From the NCBI GenBank assembly GCA_964543815.1, contig CAZIZG010000001.1, positions 182,265 to 235,683 on the forward strand: a stretch of DNA of 53,419 bases, read 5' to 3'. The notes beneath the pieces are model-generated. The model was not told the origin of the DNA and did no database searches. It saw only the letters and a list, made by a program, of their open reading frames with translations. Positions 9,235-20,792 of the stretch are shown here, in pieces; position 1 is the first letter of the stretch, and the number at the start of each line of letters is the position of its first letter. Both the position numbers and the translations under genes were made by a program. This DNA comes from an uncultured Bdellovibrionales bacterium. GTDB taxonomy: Bacteria > Patescibacteriota > Minisyncoccia > Moranbacterales > UBA1568.

Positions 9235-9765
9235 CTAAAAAAGCTCGACTTCATCGAAGAATTTCTTATAGTTTCTCAGATGATTTTCGGTCTCCTCGCG
9301 CGAAAGGACAAAAGTAGCATCATGGACAATTTGGTTACGAATCTCATGAGAAACAATGAGTAAATCTTTAGTACCAAGCTGCGCCCCCTTTACTCCCTCA
9401 AGCTTCTCGGTCATCGTTGCTCCTTGAAATCCGATGCCGTCAAGAATCTCATCAGCGAGGGCGTCAGCCTCGAGAATGGCTACCTTGTATTGTGACGGAT
9501 TTCCTGTATCAAGTCGTCCCAGAATCGCCTCCCAACGCTTGATAAGAGAGCTCTTTGTCACTAGGGGTCTCTCTGAACCATAAAGCGCCGCTTTAAGATC
9601 AGATGATAGTCCCTTCAGAAGGAGCAACAACACGATATCAACCAAAAGCACCCCAATATAAACGAAGAGGAAAAATTTGAGCGTAAAAAAAAGAATCGAG
9701 TGCTCAAGAAACTGAGTGACCTTTTCCCATACGAAAAACGACAATTGTGTCAAATCGACCTCCAT
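9235..9765 (-). CDS. Hypothetical membrane-anchored protein
   Basis: 176-aa ORF with an N-terminal hydrophobic helix (FFTLKFFLFVYIGVLLVDIVLLLLL). No family recognised. Confidence 0.5.
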   Translation of the reverse strand: MEVDLTQLSFFVWEKVTQFLEHSILFFTLKFFLFVYIGVLLVDIVLLLLLKGLSSDLKAALYGSERPLVTKSSLIKRWEAILGRLDTGNPSQYKVAILEADALADEILDGIGFQGATMTEKLEGVKGAQLGTKDLLIVSHEIRNQIVHDATFVLSREETENHLRNYKKFFDEVELF

Positions 9766-9774
9766 ACCCTACTA

Positions 9775-11226
9775 TTATTTGGTCTTTGTTTCAAAAGCAT
9801 GAGCTACTGCGAGCAGATTTTCCTCATCAAACCAACGCCCCATCAGCTGCCCCCCAATAGGAAGCTTTTTTCCTTCTTCATCAACAGTACCAATAGGAAA
9901 AGAAAGGGCTGGCACGCCAGTCAAATTAGCAGTAACAGTATAGATATCCCCGAGATACATCTTGAGCGGATCGGTATTTTTTTCACCAATCTTAAACGCG
10001 GGTTCAGGAGCGGTAGGAGAAAAGATAAAATCTACCGTTTCAAAAACCTTTTCAAAGTCCTGCTTGAGGAGTGCTCGCACCTTCTGTGCCTTGAGATAGT
10101 AGGCATCGTAATACCCTGAGGAAAGACTGTAGGTCCCGAGCATTATTCGGCGCTTCACTTCCGGTCCAAATCCATGATGACGCGTATCGAGATAGGTCTC
10201 AAGAAGGGTACTGGTACCAACAGTAGAATTCTTTTCATCGTTAATCGAAAGCCCATAGCGCATGCCATCGTAACGCGCCATATTGGAACTGAGTTCACAC
10301 GGCTGAATGATATAGTAACAGGGCAAAGCAAAAGCACTGTGAGGAAGGGAAATTTCTACCACTTCAACCCCTAGGGAACGAAAACGATTGAGAGCGGCCT
10401 GAGAGAGATCCTTAATCCTCGGGTCAAGACTCTCCGCAAAATACTCTTTCGGTACACCAATTTTCTTGCCTCGGATATCCGTCTCCAAATAATCTTCGTA
10501 TCGCTTCTCATGACCACTGTCAGCCGAAGTAGCATCATGAATGTCTCGTCCGGCGATGCGTGACAATACGATGGCTACATCTTCTACGCTTGTTGCTATC
10601 GGTCCGATTTGATCAAGACTCGATGCTGCCGCCATGAGACCATAGCGACTGACTCGACCGTAGGTCGGCTTGAGACCAACTACCCCGCAAAAAGCAGAGG
10701 GTTGCCGAATTGATCCACCAGTATCCGATCCAAGGGCCCAGACAACCTGCCCTGCAGCCACTGCCGCCGCAGAGCCACCAGACGTACCTCCTGGCACTCG
10801 CGTGATATCGACGGGATTTTTGGTCACCTGGTAAGCACTATTTTCCGTGGATGAACCAAGAGCAAATTCATCCATGTTTGTCTTGCCCAAAATTGGCGCA
10901 TGAATCGCTTTTAACTTTTCAACAACTGTCGCGTCATGAGGCGCAATATAGTTATCAAGAATTTTGGAAGCACTCGTGGTGCGGATACCCTTCACAAGCA
11001 TATTATCCTTGAGGGCCCCAGGAATACCAGCAAGCAAATCGATGCTTTCCCCTCGGGCAATCTGTTCATCCACCGCCCGAGCTTCCGCCATGGCCTCATC
11101 CTTCATGAGAGTAAGGAACGCCAGAATGCTTGGCTCTTTTTCTGAAAGTGCAGCAAAATACCGTTCGACAAGCTCAAGAGCCGTACACTCACGATTAACC
11201 AATTTTTGGTGAAGATCTCGAATCAT
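9775..11226 (-). CDS. gatA: Glu-tRNA(Gln) amidotransferase subunit A
   Basis: Amidase signature GGTSGGSAAAVAAG and GSDTGGSIRQPSAFCGVVGLKPTYG. The start is trimmed to the ATG at 11226, 1 nt after the gatC stop. Confidence 0.95.
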   Translation of the reverse strand: MIRDLHQKLVNRECTALELVERYFAALSEKEPSILAFLTLMKDEAMAEARAVDEQIARGESIDLLAGIPGALKDNMLVKGIRTTSASKILDNYIAPHDATVVEKLKAIHAPILGKTNMDEFALGSSTENSAYQVTKNPVDITRVPGGTSGGSAAAVAAGQVVWALGSDTGGSIRQPSAFCGVVGLKPTYGRVSRYGLMAAASSLDQIGPIATSVEDVAIVLSRIAGRDIHDATSADSGHEKRYEDYLETDIRGKKIGVPKEYFAESLDPRIKDLSQAALNRFRSLGVEVVEISLPHSAFALPCYYIIQPCELSSNMARYDGMRYGLSINDEKNSTVGTSTLLETYLDTRHHGFGPEVKRRIMLGTYSLSSGYYDAYYLKAQKVRALLKQDFEKVFETVDFIFSPTAPEPAFKIGEKNTDPLKMYLGDIYTVTANLTGVPALSFPIGTVDEEGKKLPIGGQLMGRWFDEENLLAVAHAFETKTK

Positions 11227-11227
11227 A

Positions 11228-11515
11228 CTAAAATACCGAACGGACTTTGAGAAAATTATCTTTCGTATCAGGAGCATTCCTAAGTATCTGGGTCTTGCCA
11301 CTCTTTTCAAACATCACTTGTTCATCACTCCGCATCACATCAGTACGGCCGGTGATATGACCAATCGGTTCAATAGTATCAGTCGGAAGCGTCTCTAGCT
11401 CTCGAAAAAAATCAAACACGGCCGATAGATCCTTCTGATACATCGGTATTTCATCCTTATTCAGCCCAATACGACTCAACAAGGCAATGTGTTCTACTTC
11501 ATCCTGAGATAACAT
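11228..11515 (-). CDS. gatC: Glu-tRNA(Gln) amidotransferase subunit C
   Basis: 95 aa. VEHIALLSRIGL...F, in the typical position directly upstream of gatA. Confidence 0.9.
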   Translation of the reverse strand: MLSQDEVEHIALLSRIGLNKDEIPMYQKDLSAVFDFFRELETLPTDTIEPIGHITGRTDVMRSDEQVMFEKSGKTQILRNAPDTKDNFLKVRSVF

Positions 11516-11531
11516 ATCATCCCTCTATCAC

Positions 11532-13631
<2,100 letters not shown>

Positions 13632-13837
13632 TCATTCTATCACCATTCCAAAAACCCCACATCAACAACTCTATCAGCCAAATCGTGATACTCAACGGTA
13701 AATCATAACAATTCTTAACCGAACGATTGTATTAACACCAAAAAAACGTATCAAAAAAATAAAAAGGAGAAAATACCACGTACTTAATAAATACCTCTTT
13801 TCTTTTAATTCGTATTCGTTTTATACCCCGCCTGATA

Positions 13838-14944
13838 CTAATCTTTGATACATCGAACTGACATTGCTTGCTCTTTTAAGAGATTTTGTCTAGCTACTGT
13901 TCCGCCAAAACCGTCAATACTCAAAACGTTATCAACCCAAATCCCTGTTGCATCGATCTCCTTAGAGGTGAGCAGGCTCGCCATAGCGGAGGTATCTCCC
14001 GGAAGACCTCTTCCCCCAAAAGAACCTCCCGTTTCCATTCCGGCAAAATTATTCTCAAATCCAGAACTTCCACCTGGTCTTATTTTAAAACCAACATCAG
14101 TTCCTTGAACCGTGGCAGCAAAAGTCGGGTCATTCACTGTAGGATCGAGATGATTATACAAAGTATACAGATCCATTCTCGTAGGAATATGCCATCCGTT
14201 TGGGCAAATACCCTGCGCCCCCTCCGTCGTTGAGTACTGCATAGCTTCATCCCAAGTATACAGCCCTCCATCTGGCTGATTGGGATGATTAGTGGTGCAG
14301 TTGGCGGACACATTACCGAAGCAGTATCGCTCGATAGTACCGTTATTTGTCTGATTAATACTATTGTTAATTCTATTCCCAACCCGCATATTTTGCTGCA
14401 TCCAACACTGACTCCCGATAGCCACGGTGTCATACACATTACCATCGGCATCTGTAACGGTTGATGCGGTACAGGTCGGCGGTTCAACCGTAACATCGAT
14501 AGCTCTCGTGGCGCCAGCATAATACCCAGTAGCTACAATACGCACGAGCTTAGTTCGCCACTCATCATACGTAGCGTAACCTGCTCCACTACACTGCAGT
14601 GGGCTATCGCTATTATCAAGAAATGCCACTTCATAGGTGGCTCCTGTACTCGCCGATGGCAGAGAACCAGAGACAACTCCTCCCGTACACCCGGCCGATC
14701 CATACAGACTCGTAGCCAGCGCCCCCACCGTAGCATCATTATCTTTGTAAACCCGTTTTAAAATATTTTCCGATGCCCCGTCAGCAATCTGAAAGGCGAG
14801 AGCGGAATTTTCGGTTGCTCGAGAACTATTCTTTCCCAAAATAACGATGCCCGCGGCACTAAGAGAAGCTGAAAGCAAAATCGTAAGCACCAAAAGTGTA
14901 AAGACGAGCACTGAGCCACGAGGATTTTTGTTTTTTAAAGTCAT
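13838..14944 (-). CDS. Pilus-locus protein: PilX-like N-terminal anchor plus C-terminal FISUMP (Fibrobacter succinogenes major paralogous) domain
   Basis: N-terminus PRGSVLVFTLLVLTILL. C-terminus YDTVAIGSQCWMQQNM, GGLYTWDEAM, CPNGWHIPT and a terminal SVRCIKD match the TIGR02145-type pattern from memory. Confidence 0.75.
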   Translation of the reverse strand: MTLKNKNPRGSVLVFTLLVLTILLSASLSAAGIVILGKNSSRATENSALAFQIADGASENILKRVYKDNDATVGALATSLYGSAGCTGGVVSGSLPSASTGATYEVAFLDNSDSPLQCSGAGYATYDEWRTKLVRIVATGYYAGATRAIDVTVEPPTCTASTVTDADGNVYDTVAIGSQCWMQQNMRVGNRINNSINQTNNGTIERYCFGNVSANCTTNHPNQPDGGLYTWDEAMQYSTTEGAQGICPNGWHIPTRMDLYTLYNHLDPTVNDPTFAATVQGTDVGFKIRPGGSSGFENNFAGMETGGSFGGRGLPGDTSAMASLLTSKEIDATGIWVDNVLSIDGFGGTVARQNLLKEQAMSVRCIKD

Positions 14945-14956
14945 ACACGTGTTGGT

Positions 14957-15529
14957 TTAGAGTCCAATATTGCCAAAATCACGAAGAGACACTGAGGTTT
15001 GAATCCGAGCATGATGTGAAGTCCCTTCAGAAATATCAAGTGAAATAGTCACCTTTCCCACTACAAGCGACGGAGTCGACGCAGACGGAGTTACCTTAAA
15101 GGATCCAGATATAACACCCGTACTAATATTAGTAAACACAACAAAGTTATGCGAAGTACATGCGGCTACATCAGCCACTGCCGCTGATGCTATCTGAAGA
15201 TTCCCTCCATTGATACGATACCGGATGCAACGATCCTGTGAATGGTCAAAAAATTGAATAGACTGTACATCAGCCGGTCCAGAAGCCGGAACCACCACAG
15301 AGCTCGTTCGAAGTTCCTTCCCAATAATATTAAGCGAATACTGGGCATTATCAATATCACGTTGGATAGCACGCGTATTTCGATATCCTGAAAAAGCCGT
15401 CCCGAATATTTGCGATACTGCGACCATCATGAGCGAAAAAACAAACAAGGAAATAAGCACTTCCGCCAGAGTGAATCCTTTCGCTACAAGACAAGGCTTT
15501 ATTTTTTTTTGAATTACTTGAATCAGCAT
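14957..15529 (-). CDS. Minor (pseudo)pilin with prepilin N-terminal methylation motif
   Basis: KGFTLAEVLISLFVFSLMMVAV. Trimmed to the ATG at 15529 because the longer track ORF runs into the upstream gene. Confidence 0.7.
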   Translation of the reverse strand: MLIQVIQKKIKPCLVAKGFTLAEVLISLFVFSLMMVAVSQIFGTAFSGYRNTRAIQRDIDNAQYSLNIIGKELRTSSVVVPASGPADVQSIQFFDHSQDRCIRYRINGGNLQIASAAVADVAACTSHNFVVFTNISTGVISGSFKVTPSASTPSLVVGKVTISLDISEGTSHHARIQTSVSLRDFGNIGL

Positions 15530-15540
15530 AAGAAATATCC

Positions 15541-16086
15541 CTACTTCCAGGCAGTAAAGAAAGCCTCTGAATAAACACAAGAATTGGCGAGTGTACACGT
15601 AGCAGGATTCCCATTGGAAGGAGGAAGAGCCCCTCCTCCCCATACGACAAAACTACGCACCGAAGCCCGTTCGCCACCAACAGAAGAATAGTCTACGTAA
15701 ATATAACGCGTGTAACGCTCTTGGCCCGTTCCGAGATGGGCATACATACCACTGGCATACTGAAGATAATATCGCGAGGCAGCTCCTTGCGCTGCCTGGC
15801 AGTCAAGACTCCCTGAAGCATCATTCCAATCAATGCGGCAGTGCTTATTATTGGAAAATGACGTAAACCCAGTTCCTCCAGACGCAAAATCATTATCACG
15901 AACATTCCGAACCAATTCTATACCCTCCTGGGCTAAATCCGTTGCAATAACAATATCCTGGTTCACAAAGGAATAACGGAGACTCCCCGACATCACTGCG
16001 ATAATAGTCACTAGCCCAATTGATACCACAAAAATAGATAGAAGCACTTCAGGAGTAGAGAACCCACTCTGAAAAGAACGCTTCAT
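15541..16086 (-). CDS. Minor (pseudo)pilin
   Basis: MKRSFQSGFSTPEVLLSIFVVSIGLV is a class III signal-like leader followed by a conserved Glu. The start chosen is the ATG at 16086. Confidence 0.65.
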   Translation of the reverse strand: MKRSFQSGFSTPEVLLSIFVVSIGLVTIIAVMSGSLRYSFVNQDIVIATDLAQEGIELVRNVRDNDFASGGTGFTSFSNNKHCRIDWNDASGSLDCQAAQGAASRYYLQYASGMYAHLGTGQERYTRYIYVDYSSVGGERASVRSFVVWGGGALPPSNGNPATCTLANSCVYSEAFFTAWK

Positions 16087-16112
16087 TATCCGCCAAAGAT
16101 GTATCGTCATAG

Positions 16113-16622
16113 CTACGGACAAGTTGTGCCAGAGAAATGATTGATGAGTCCACTCTGATACGTACAGACAACATAAGAGGTTCCGGCCTTACTAACCACG
16201 ACTGGTTGGCTCGCTGTCGCGAAAGAAACCGCGGCATGTGGCAGCGTAAAGTAAAAATTTCCCGTACCAGCAAAAGCAGTGCCGCTCCCCAATGTATAGG
16301 AGCCAAGTATCGCTGATTGCGTACAAGCGCCACTGCCATCCTTATACCAGTACGTAGTAGTATATGACGTTGTCCCCCAAGAAACCACGAAACGACACGG
16401 GTTGGTTCCTGCCACTCCCTGGTAGCCCGTCAAGGCGTAATTTTGTGCTTCTCGGAAAGCACTCGCCACCTCTCGGGCCGTACCTTCAAGTTCCTGTGTT
16501 ACTCGTCCTGTACTGTAATCAAACAACATCACTGACGACATGACACTGAGGATAGCCAAAACAACCAATACCTCAATGAGAGTGAAGGCGGCTTGTGTTA
16601 TTGTATTTTTATTTTTTTCCAT
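16113..16622 (-). CDS. Minor (pseudo)pilin
   Basis: MEKNKNTITQAAFTLIEVLVVLAILSV. The start chosen is the ATG at 16622. Confidence 0.7.
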   Translation of the reverse strand: MEKNKNTITQAAFTLIEVLVVLAILSVMSSVMLFDYSTGRVTQELEGTAREVASAFREAQNYALTGYQGVAGTNPCRFVVSWGTTSYTTTYWYKDGSGACTQSAILGSYTLGSGTAFAGTGNFYFTLPHAAVSFATASQPVVVSKAGTSYVVCTYQSGLINHFSGTTCP

Positions 16623-16635
16623 ACATCCGACTGAC

Positions 16636-17421
16636 CTACAGTAGTAGCGAGCGAAATACCTCAGGGTACATCTCTGGAAGAAAAAGCGTGAGCAAAGTAC
16701 CAAGGACGAGATAGGGCGCGAACGGTATTTGTGTTTTTAGGCCTTTTCCGCCAAAAAGAGTCATGCCTATACCGATGATTGCCCCTGATCCAAATGAAAG
16801 CGTCATAAGAAGCAGTACTGCTGGTAGACCAACTATCAAACCAGCAAGCGCCCCCAGCCACACATCACCCCACCCCATCCAGGTTTCTCGGGAAAAAAAT
16901 ACCAACCCGAAAAAAAATGTCCCTATACTAATTGCTCCGAGCAAAGACTGTCCTGTCACCCCAGACCAAAATGCCTCTTTTCCAGAAAACGTTACTAGGA
17001 GATAAAGAAATGTCACCCCTAGTACGGATAAAAGTAAGACGATGGGAATTTCCATATACAGTATATCATAGGTCGCTATGGCAAGCAGGATACTTACGGT
17101 TATAAGGAGCCATGTCGTCAGCATCCAAGAACGCTGATCGCTTATATCAAAATAAAGAAGACTCACTATTGCAAAGCAAAGTCCTGTGACAGTCTCCAGC
17201 ATCGGATACTGCCACGAGAGAGAAACATGACAATCACGACATTTTCCCCCAAGAAGAATAAAACTTAAAACCGGTATATTATCATACCAGCGAATCTGAT
17301 GACCACACTGGTGACAATATGATCGTCCCAATAAAGTCTCCCCTGTTTTTAATCGATAAACAACAACATTGAGAAAACTCCCAATGATGAGCCCAAAGAT
17401 GAAAAAAAATAAAGCGACCAT
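16636..17421 (-). CDS. pilD: Prepilin peptidase (A24 family)
   Basis: N-terminal Cys-rich region CHQCGHQIRWYDNIPVLSF...GKCRDC and polytopic membrane body with GWGDV. Confidence 0.9.
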   Translation of the reverse strand: MVALFFFIFGLIIGSFLNVVVYRLKTGETLLGRSYCHQCGHQIRWYDNIPVLSFILLGGKCRDCHVSLSWQYPMLETVTGLCFAIVSLLYFDISDQRSWMLTTWLLITVSILLAIATYDILYMEIPIVLLLSVLGVTFLYLLVTFSGKEAFWSGVTGQSLLGAISIGTFFFGLVFFSRETWMGWGDVWLGALAGLIVGLPAVLLLMTLSFGSGAIIGIGMTLFGGKGLKTQIPFAPYLVLGTLLTLFLPEMYPEVFRSLLL

Positions 17422-17495
17422 ATGATATCAGTATAGTCGTTTCCAAGAAAATTTCAAAGGAAACAAGACAAAAAAAATAACACTCTATTACAAAT

Positions 17496-17526
17496 AAAAA
17501 ATCCCGCCGGAGCAGGATTTTTTATT
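17496..17526 (-). terminator. Intrinsic terminator after the pilin gene
   Basis: Minus strand reads AATCCTGC-TCCG-GCGGGATT followed by TTTTTATTT, 11 nt after the pilin stop. Confidence 0.6.
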
Positions 17527-17536
17527 ATCCGAAAAA

Positions 17537-17908
17537 CTAGCAACCAGCACCCGCGTACGTCGTACCAGTATTGGTCACCGTCGCTGTACATACTATAGCC
17601 GTGTTAATCGGCGTGGCAGTAATAGAGAACGTACCGCTACCCGTGGCGCCACAGCTTGAGGCTCCAAATGCAGCTGCCCAGTTGGTCGAAGCAGAATCCG
17701 CCGGAGCTGTCGGGGCTGCCGAATCACACTGAATCAAAAATCCTGCTACCGCCCCCGCTGTTTCTGCCTTGAAAGCTGCTAATTGTGCCTTCGTTCGGGC
17801 ATTGCTCAAACTCACCAAAACAATCGAGGCCAAAATACCGATGATGGCGATGACAATCAAGAGTTCGATGAGGGTAAAGCCCTTTAATGACTTTTTCATA
17901 ACTTTCAC
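17537..17908 (-). CDS. Type IV pilin (copy 1)
   Basis: [26 protein letters not shown] prepilin motif, 123 aa, C-terminal Cys residues, good SD (AAGGAGGTGAAAG) and its own terminator. Confidence 0.9.
   Translation of the reverse strand: MKVMKKSLKGFTLIELLIVIAIIGILASIVLVSLSNARTKAQLAAFKAETAGAVAGFLIQCDSAAPTAPADSASTNWAAAFGASSCGATGSGTFSITATPINTAIVCTATVTNTGTTYAGAGC
17821..17894. repeat. 74-nt repeat, copy A (pilin 5' coding region)
   Basis: 73/74 identical to 18259-18332 by direct comparison. The single difference is at 17871 versus 18309. Confidence 0.9.
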
Positions 17909-17972
17909 CTCCTTTAACGAATTTATATTTATTTCAAAACTAGTATTCTATACTTTCACGACCAATCCATCA

Positions 17973-18347
17973 TTACGGACAGTTCGTAAAATCCACCCCT
18001 GTTTCACTCACTGTCGCAGCTGTACAGCCGCCAGCTATTACTGAAGCTGACTGGGGTACTGCTCCGATAGAAAATGTACCATCACCAGCCGCGCCACAGC
18101 TTGAAGCAGCAAACGCTGCATCCCAATCTGTTGTCCCTGGGGTATCAGTCGGAGCGGTTAAGGCGTTATCATCACATTCGAGTACCAACCCACTCACTGC
18201 CCCGGCCACTTCAGCCTTGAAGGCAGCCTTCTGAGCCTTGGTCCGAGCGTTAGAGAGACTCACCAAAACAATCGAGGCCAAAATACCGATGATGGCGATG
18301 ACAATCAAAAGTTCGATGAGGGTAAAGCCCTTCAACGTTTTTTTCAT
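17973..18347 (-). CDS. Type IV pilin (copy 2)
   Basis: [39 protein letters not shown]. The C-terminal half diverges from copy 1. Confidence 0.9.
   Translation of the reverse strand: MKKTLKGFTLIELLIVIAIIGILASIVLVSLSNARTKAQKAAFKAEVAGAVSGLVLECDDNALTAPTDTPGTTDWDAAFAASSCGAAGDGTFSIGAVPQSASVIAGGCTAATVSETGVDFTNCP
18259..18332. repeat. 74-nt repeat, copy B (pilin 5' coding region)
   Basis: See 17821-17894. Confidence 0.9.
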
Positions 18348-18432
18348 ATGCTCACCTCCTTCTTGTTTTTGTTTTTATATTTCATTTCTTTGATATTTTT
18401 ACTATAGCACATTTTGAGTCATTTCAACAGGA

Positions 18433-19641
18433 CTACAACTGGGAAGCAATATTGTAAATTGGCATAAGTACCCCCACCACCAGTATTCCCACTCCGATTC
18501 CCAACGAAACGATGAGGATTGGCTCTATCAAACTCGTCAAGCTTCGGGTTGTTGTCTCTACCTCTTGATTATAGAACTTGGCCGTACTCGCAAGTACCCC
18601 CGATAAAGAACCCGTCTCCTCTCCGATACGAACCATCTGTGAGACAATCGGCGGAATCTCGCGTGAACGTAAAAGAACCGTACTCATTGTACCGCCAGAT
18701 CGTACTTCATCGGCTGCCCGTAAAACAATCTTTTCAAAAACATGATTTCCCACGATCTCACTCACGATGTTCAGTGCTCGAACCACTGGAATACCTCCAT
18801 CAAGCAGAGCACCTAGATTCTCAGCAAACCGGGTGACATAGATACTTCGACACAATGATCCTACCACAGGGATTTTTAGGATGATAATCTCCCACTCGTG
18901 TCGCCCGGCATCCGTCTTAATATAGTAAGCGATACCAGAAGCAACCGCTATAATAACCAGCAGTACCGCCCACCACCAGGCATTCATGAAATCCCCAAGC
19001 CAAATAAGGATAGCCGTATACCACGGGACAGGAACATGCAAATCCTTAATCATGATAGTCAATTTTGGCAAGATAAATGTCACTACCAAAAAACCAATAA
19101 TAAAGGCTACCAAGAGCACAAATACTGGGTAATAGAGAGCCCCCTTAATTTTAGAAGCGAGTTGATAATTTTTTTCAATACTCTCCGCTACCACTTCAAT
19201 TGATTTCTGCAGCTCTCCAGAAGCCTCACCTGCCCGAAGCATATTAATAACCAGTGGTGAGAATGTTCCGGTATGCTTTTCAATGGCTGTTGAAAATTGC
19301 GCCCCGTCCTCGATATCATCAGACATTTCCTTTAAAATGATTCGGAAGTAGCGATTGGTTGTTTGTTCCTCGACCGTCCGCAAGGCTGAAACCAGCGGGA
19401 CACGTGCCTCTACCAACGTTGCTAACTGCTGAAAAAATACTACTAACTCCTTCTGTTTCACTCCTTCCCAGATTTTCTGAAAATCCTTGACAATCGTCAG
19501 GGTTTTTTCTTCTTCCTTGATAGAGATAGGCACCAGCCCATTGCGCCCTAAAATATCAGCTGCCAACTTATCATTGGCGGCCTCAACCATTCCTTCACGT
19601 ATTTCGCCATGGGAATCCTTGGCCTTAAAAACAAACTTCAT
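18433..19641 (-). CDS. pilC: Type IV pilus platform protein (GspF/PilC family)
   Basis: 402 aa with two T2SS-F repeats (LATLVEARVPLVSAL... and LGALLDGGIPVVRAL...) and three TM segments. Confidence 0.9.
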   Translation of the reverse strand: MKFVFKAKDSHGEIREGMVEAANDKLAADILGRNGLVPISIKEEEKTLTIVKDFQKIWEGVKQKELVVFFQQLATLVEARVPLVSALRTVEEQTTNRYFRIILKEMSDDIEDGAQFSTAIEKHTGTFSPLVINMLRAGEASGELQKSIEVVAESIEKNYQLASKIKGALYYPVFVLLVAFIIGFLVVTFILPKLTIMIKDLHVPVPWYTAILIWLGDFMNAWWWAVLLVIIAVASGIAYYIKTDAGRHEWEIIILKIPVVGSLCRSIYVTRFAENLGALLDGGIPVVRALNIVSEIVGNHVFEKIVLRAADEVRSGGTMSTVLLRSREIPPIVSQMVRIGEETGSLSGVLASTAKFYNQEVETTTRSLTSLIEPILIVSLGIGVGILVVGVLMPIYNIASQL

Positions 19642-19650
19642 AGGAGAAAC

Positions 19651-20733
19651 TTACGAACCTTTACTCAAAAGCATCTGAAGATAATCACGATTTTTCGAAT
19701 ACATAAAGGCATCGTCTACCGATACAAGTCCTCGACGTACCAAATCAGCCAGTGCTCGATCGAGTGATACCATTCCTTCTTTTAGGCTCGTCTCAATAAC
19801 CGAATCAAGCTGATGGTTTTTATTTTCCCGAATCAGATTTTCAACAGCATTATTTTTAAACATAATCTCCACGGCCGGAATACGCCCCCCACCCGTATGA
19901 GGGAGAAGACGCTGCGATACCACTCCGAGAAGCACACTGGAGAGCTGCATCCGAATCTGGTTCTGCTGATGAGCCGGAAACACATCCACGATACGATCAA
20001 TGGTTTGGGCGCTATCATTGGTATGAAGAGTCGCAAAGATGAGGTGACCCGTCTCGGCGGCAGTCATGGCCGTACTGATAGTTTCCAAATCACGAAGTTC
20101 ACCGAGTAATACCACATTCGCATCCTCACGAAACACAGCACGCAACGCGTCGGAAAAATTCTTGGCATCGCGCCCTATCTCACGCTGATTAATGATGCAA
20201 CGATCCTGATTGTACACAAATTCTATTGGGTCCTCGATGGTAACAATGTGTTTGTCCTGATTATGGTTGATATAGTCAATGATAGCGGCGAGAGTCGTCG
20301 ACTTACCATGGCCCACCGGACCCGTTACCAGAACCAACCCCTGCGAATGACCAGCGAAATCATAAAGTGTCTTCGGGACATTGAGCTCGTTCAAATCACG
20401 GAGCTTATCCATAACAAAGCGCATGGTAATACTCACGTATCCCTTCTGAAAAAATACGTTGGTACGGAAACGTACCCTGTCTTCAAAATTATAGGAAAAA
20501 TCCGTCTGACCAGCAGCTAAGAGTTCCTCTTTCTTTTCGTCGGTCAACAATACATCGCTCAGAGCCTTTGTGTCCTGTGGGGTCAGCATTTTTTCCTGAG
20601 TCATTGGATGGAGTTTGCCATCGATACGAAGCGTCGGGTACCGACCAACCACCAAATGCAAATCGGAGGCACCTTGCTGCCCTACTTGAAGCAATAAACT
20701 TTTGAGACGCTGTTCAACGTGCAGTGTTTCCAT
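19651..20733 (-). CDS. pilT: Twitching-motility retraction ATPase
   Basis: GLVLVTGPVGHGKSTT Walker A, VVLLGELRD, ETGHLIFATLHTN and a length of 360 aa. Confidence 0.9.
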   Translation of the reverse strand: METLHVEQRLKSLLLQVGQQGASDLHLVVGRYPTLRIDGKLHPMTQEKMLTPQDTKALSDVLLTDEKKEELLAAGQTDFSYNFEDRVRFRTNVFFQKGYVSITMRFVMDKLRDLNELNVPKTLYDFAGHSQGLVLVTGPVGHGKSTTLAAIIDYINHNQDKHIVTIEDPIEFVYNQDRCIINQREIGRDAKNFSDALRAVFREDANVVLLGELRDLETISTAMTAAETGHLIFATLHTNDSAQTIDRIVDVFPAHQQNQIRMQLSSVLLGVVSQRLLPHTGGGRIPAVEIMFKNNAVENLIRENKNHQLDSVIETSLKEGMVSLDRALADLVRRGLVSVDDAFMYSKNRDYLQMLLSKGS

Positions 20734-20792
20734 GTTTTTGGTATTGGTTTTTCTCTCGTAACTGCTTTAGTATAGCATACCACTCTTAGCTT

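Noticed and set aside
9057-9254. 65-aa minus-strand ORF, and a search for rpmG or tRNA-Trp, in the gap upstream of secE
   Set aside because: The translation is Cys/Phe/Ser-rich with no L33 pattern. No T-loop (GGTTCGA) occurs on either strand. The gap is better explained by a promoter plus hairpin.
9775-11310. N-terminal extensions in the ORF track: gatA to 11310, pseudopilins to 15643/16122/16703, copZ-like to 41329, HMA fusion to 42710, rplA to 7797, pilB to 22487, ParB-MTase from 43629, dcd to 7072 and dut to 3703
   Set aside because: Most of the extensions run into the upstream gene, and several (rplA, pilB, ParB-MTase) begin at TTG codons. In each case an internal ATG gives the canonical family N-terminus, and those starts are used.
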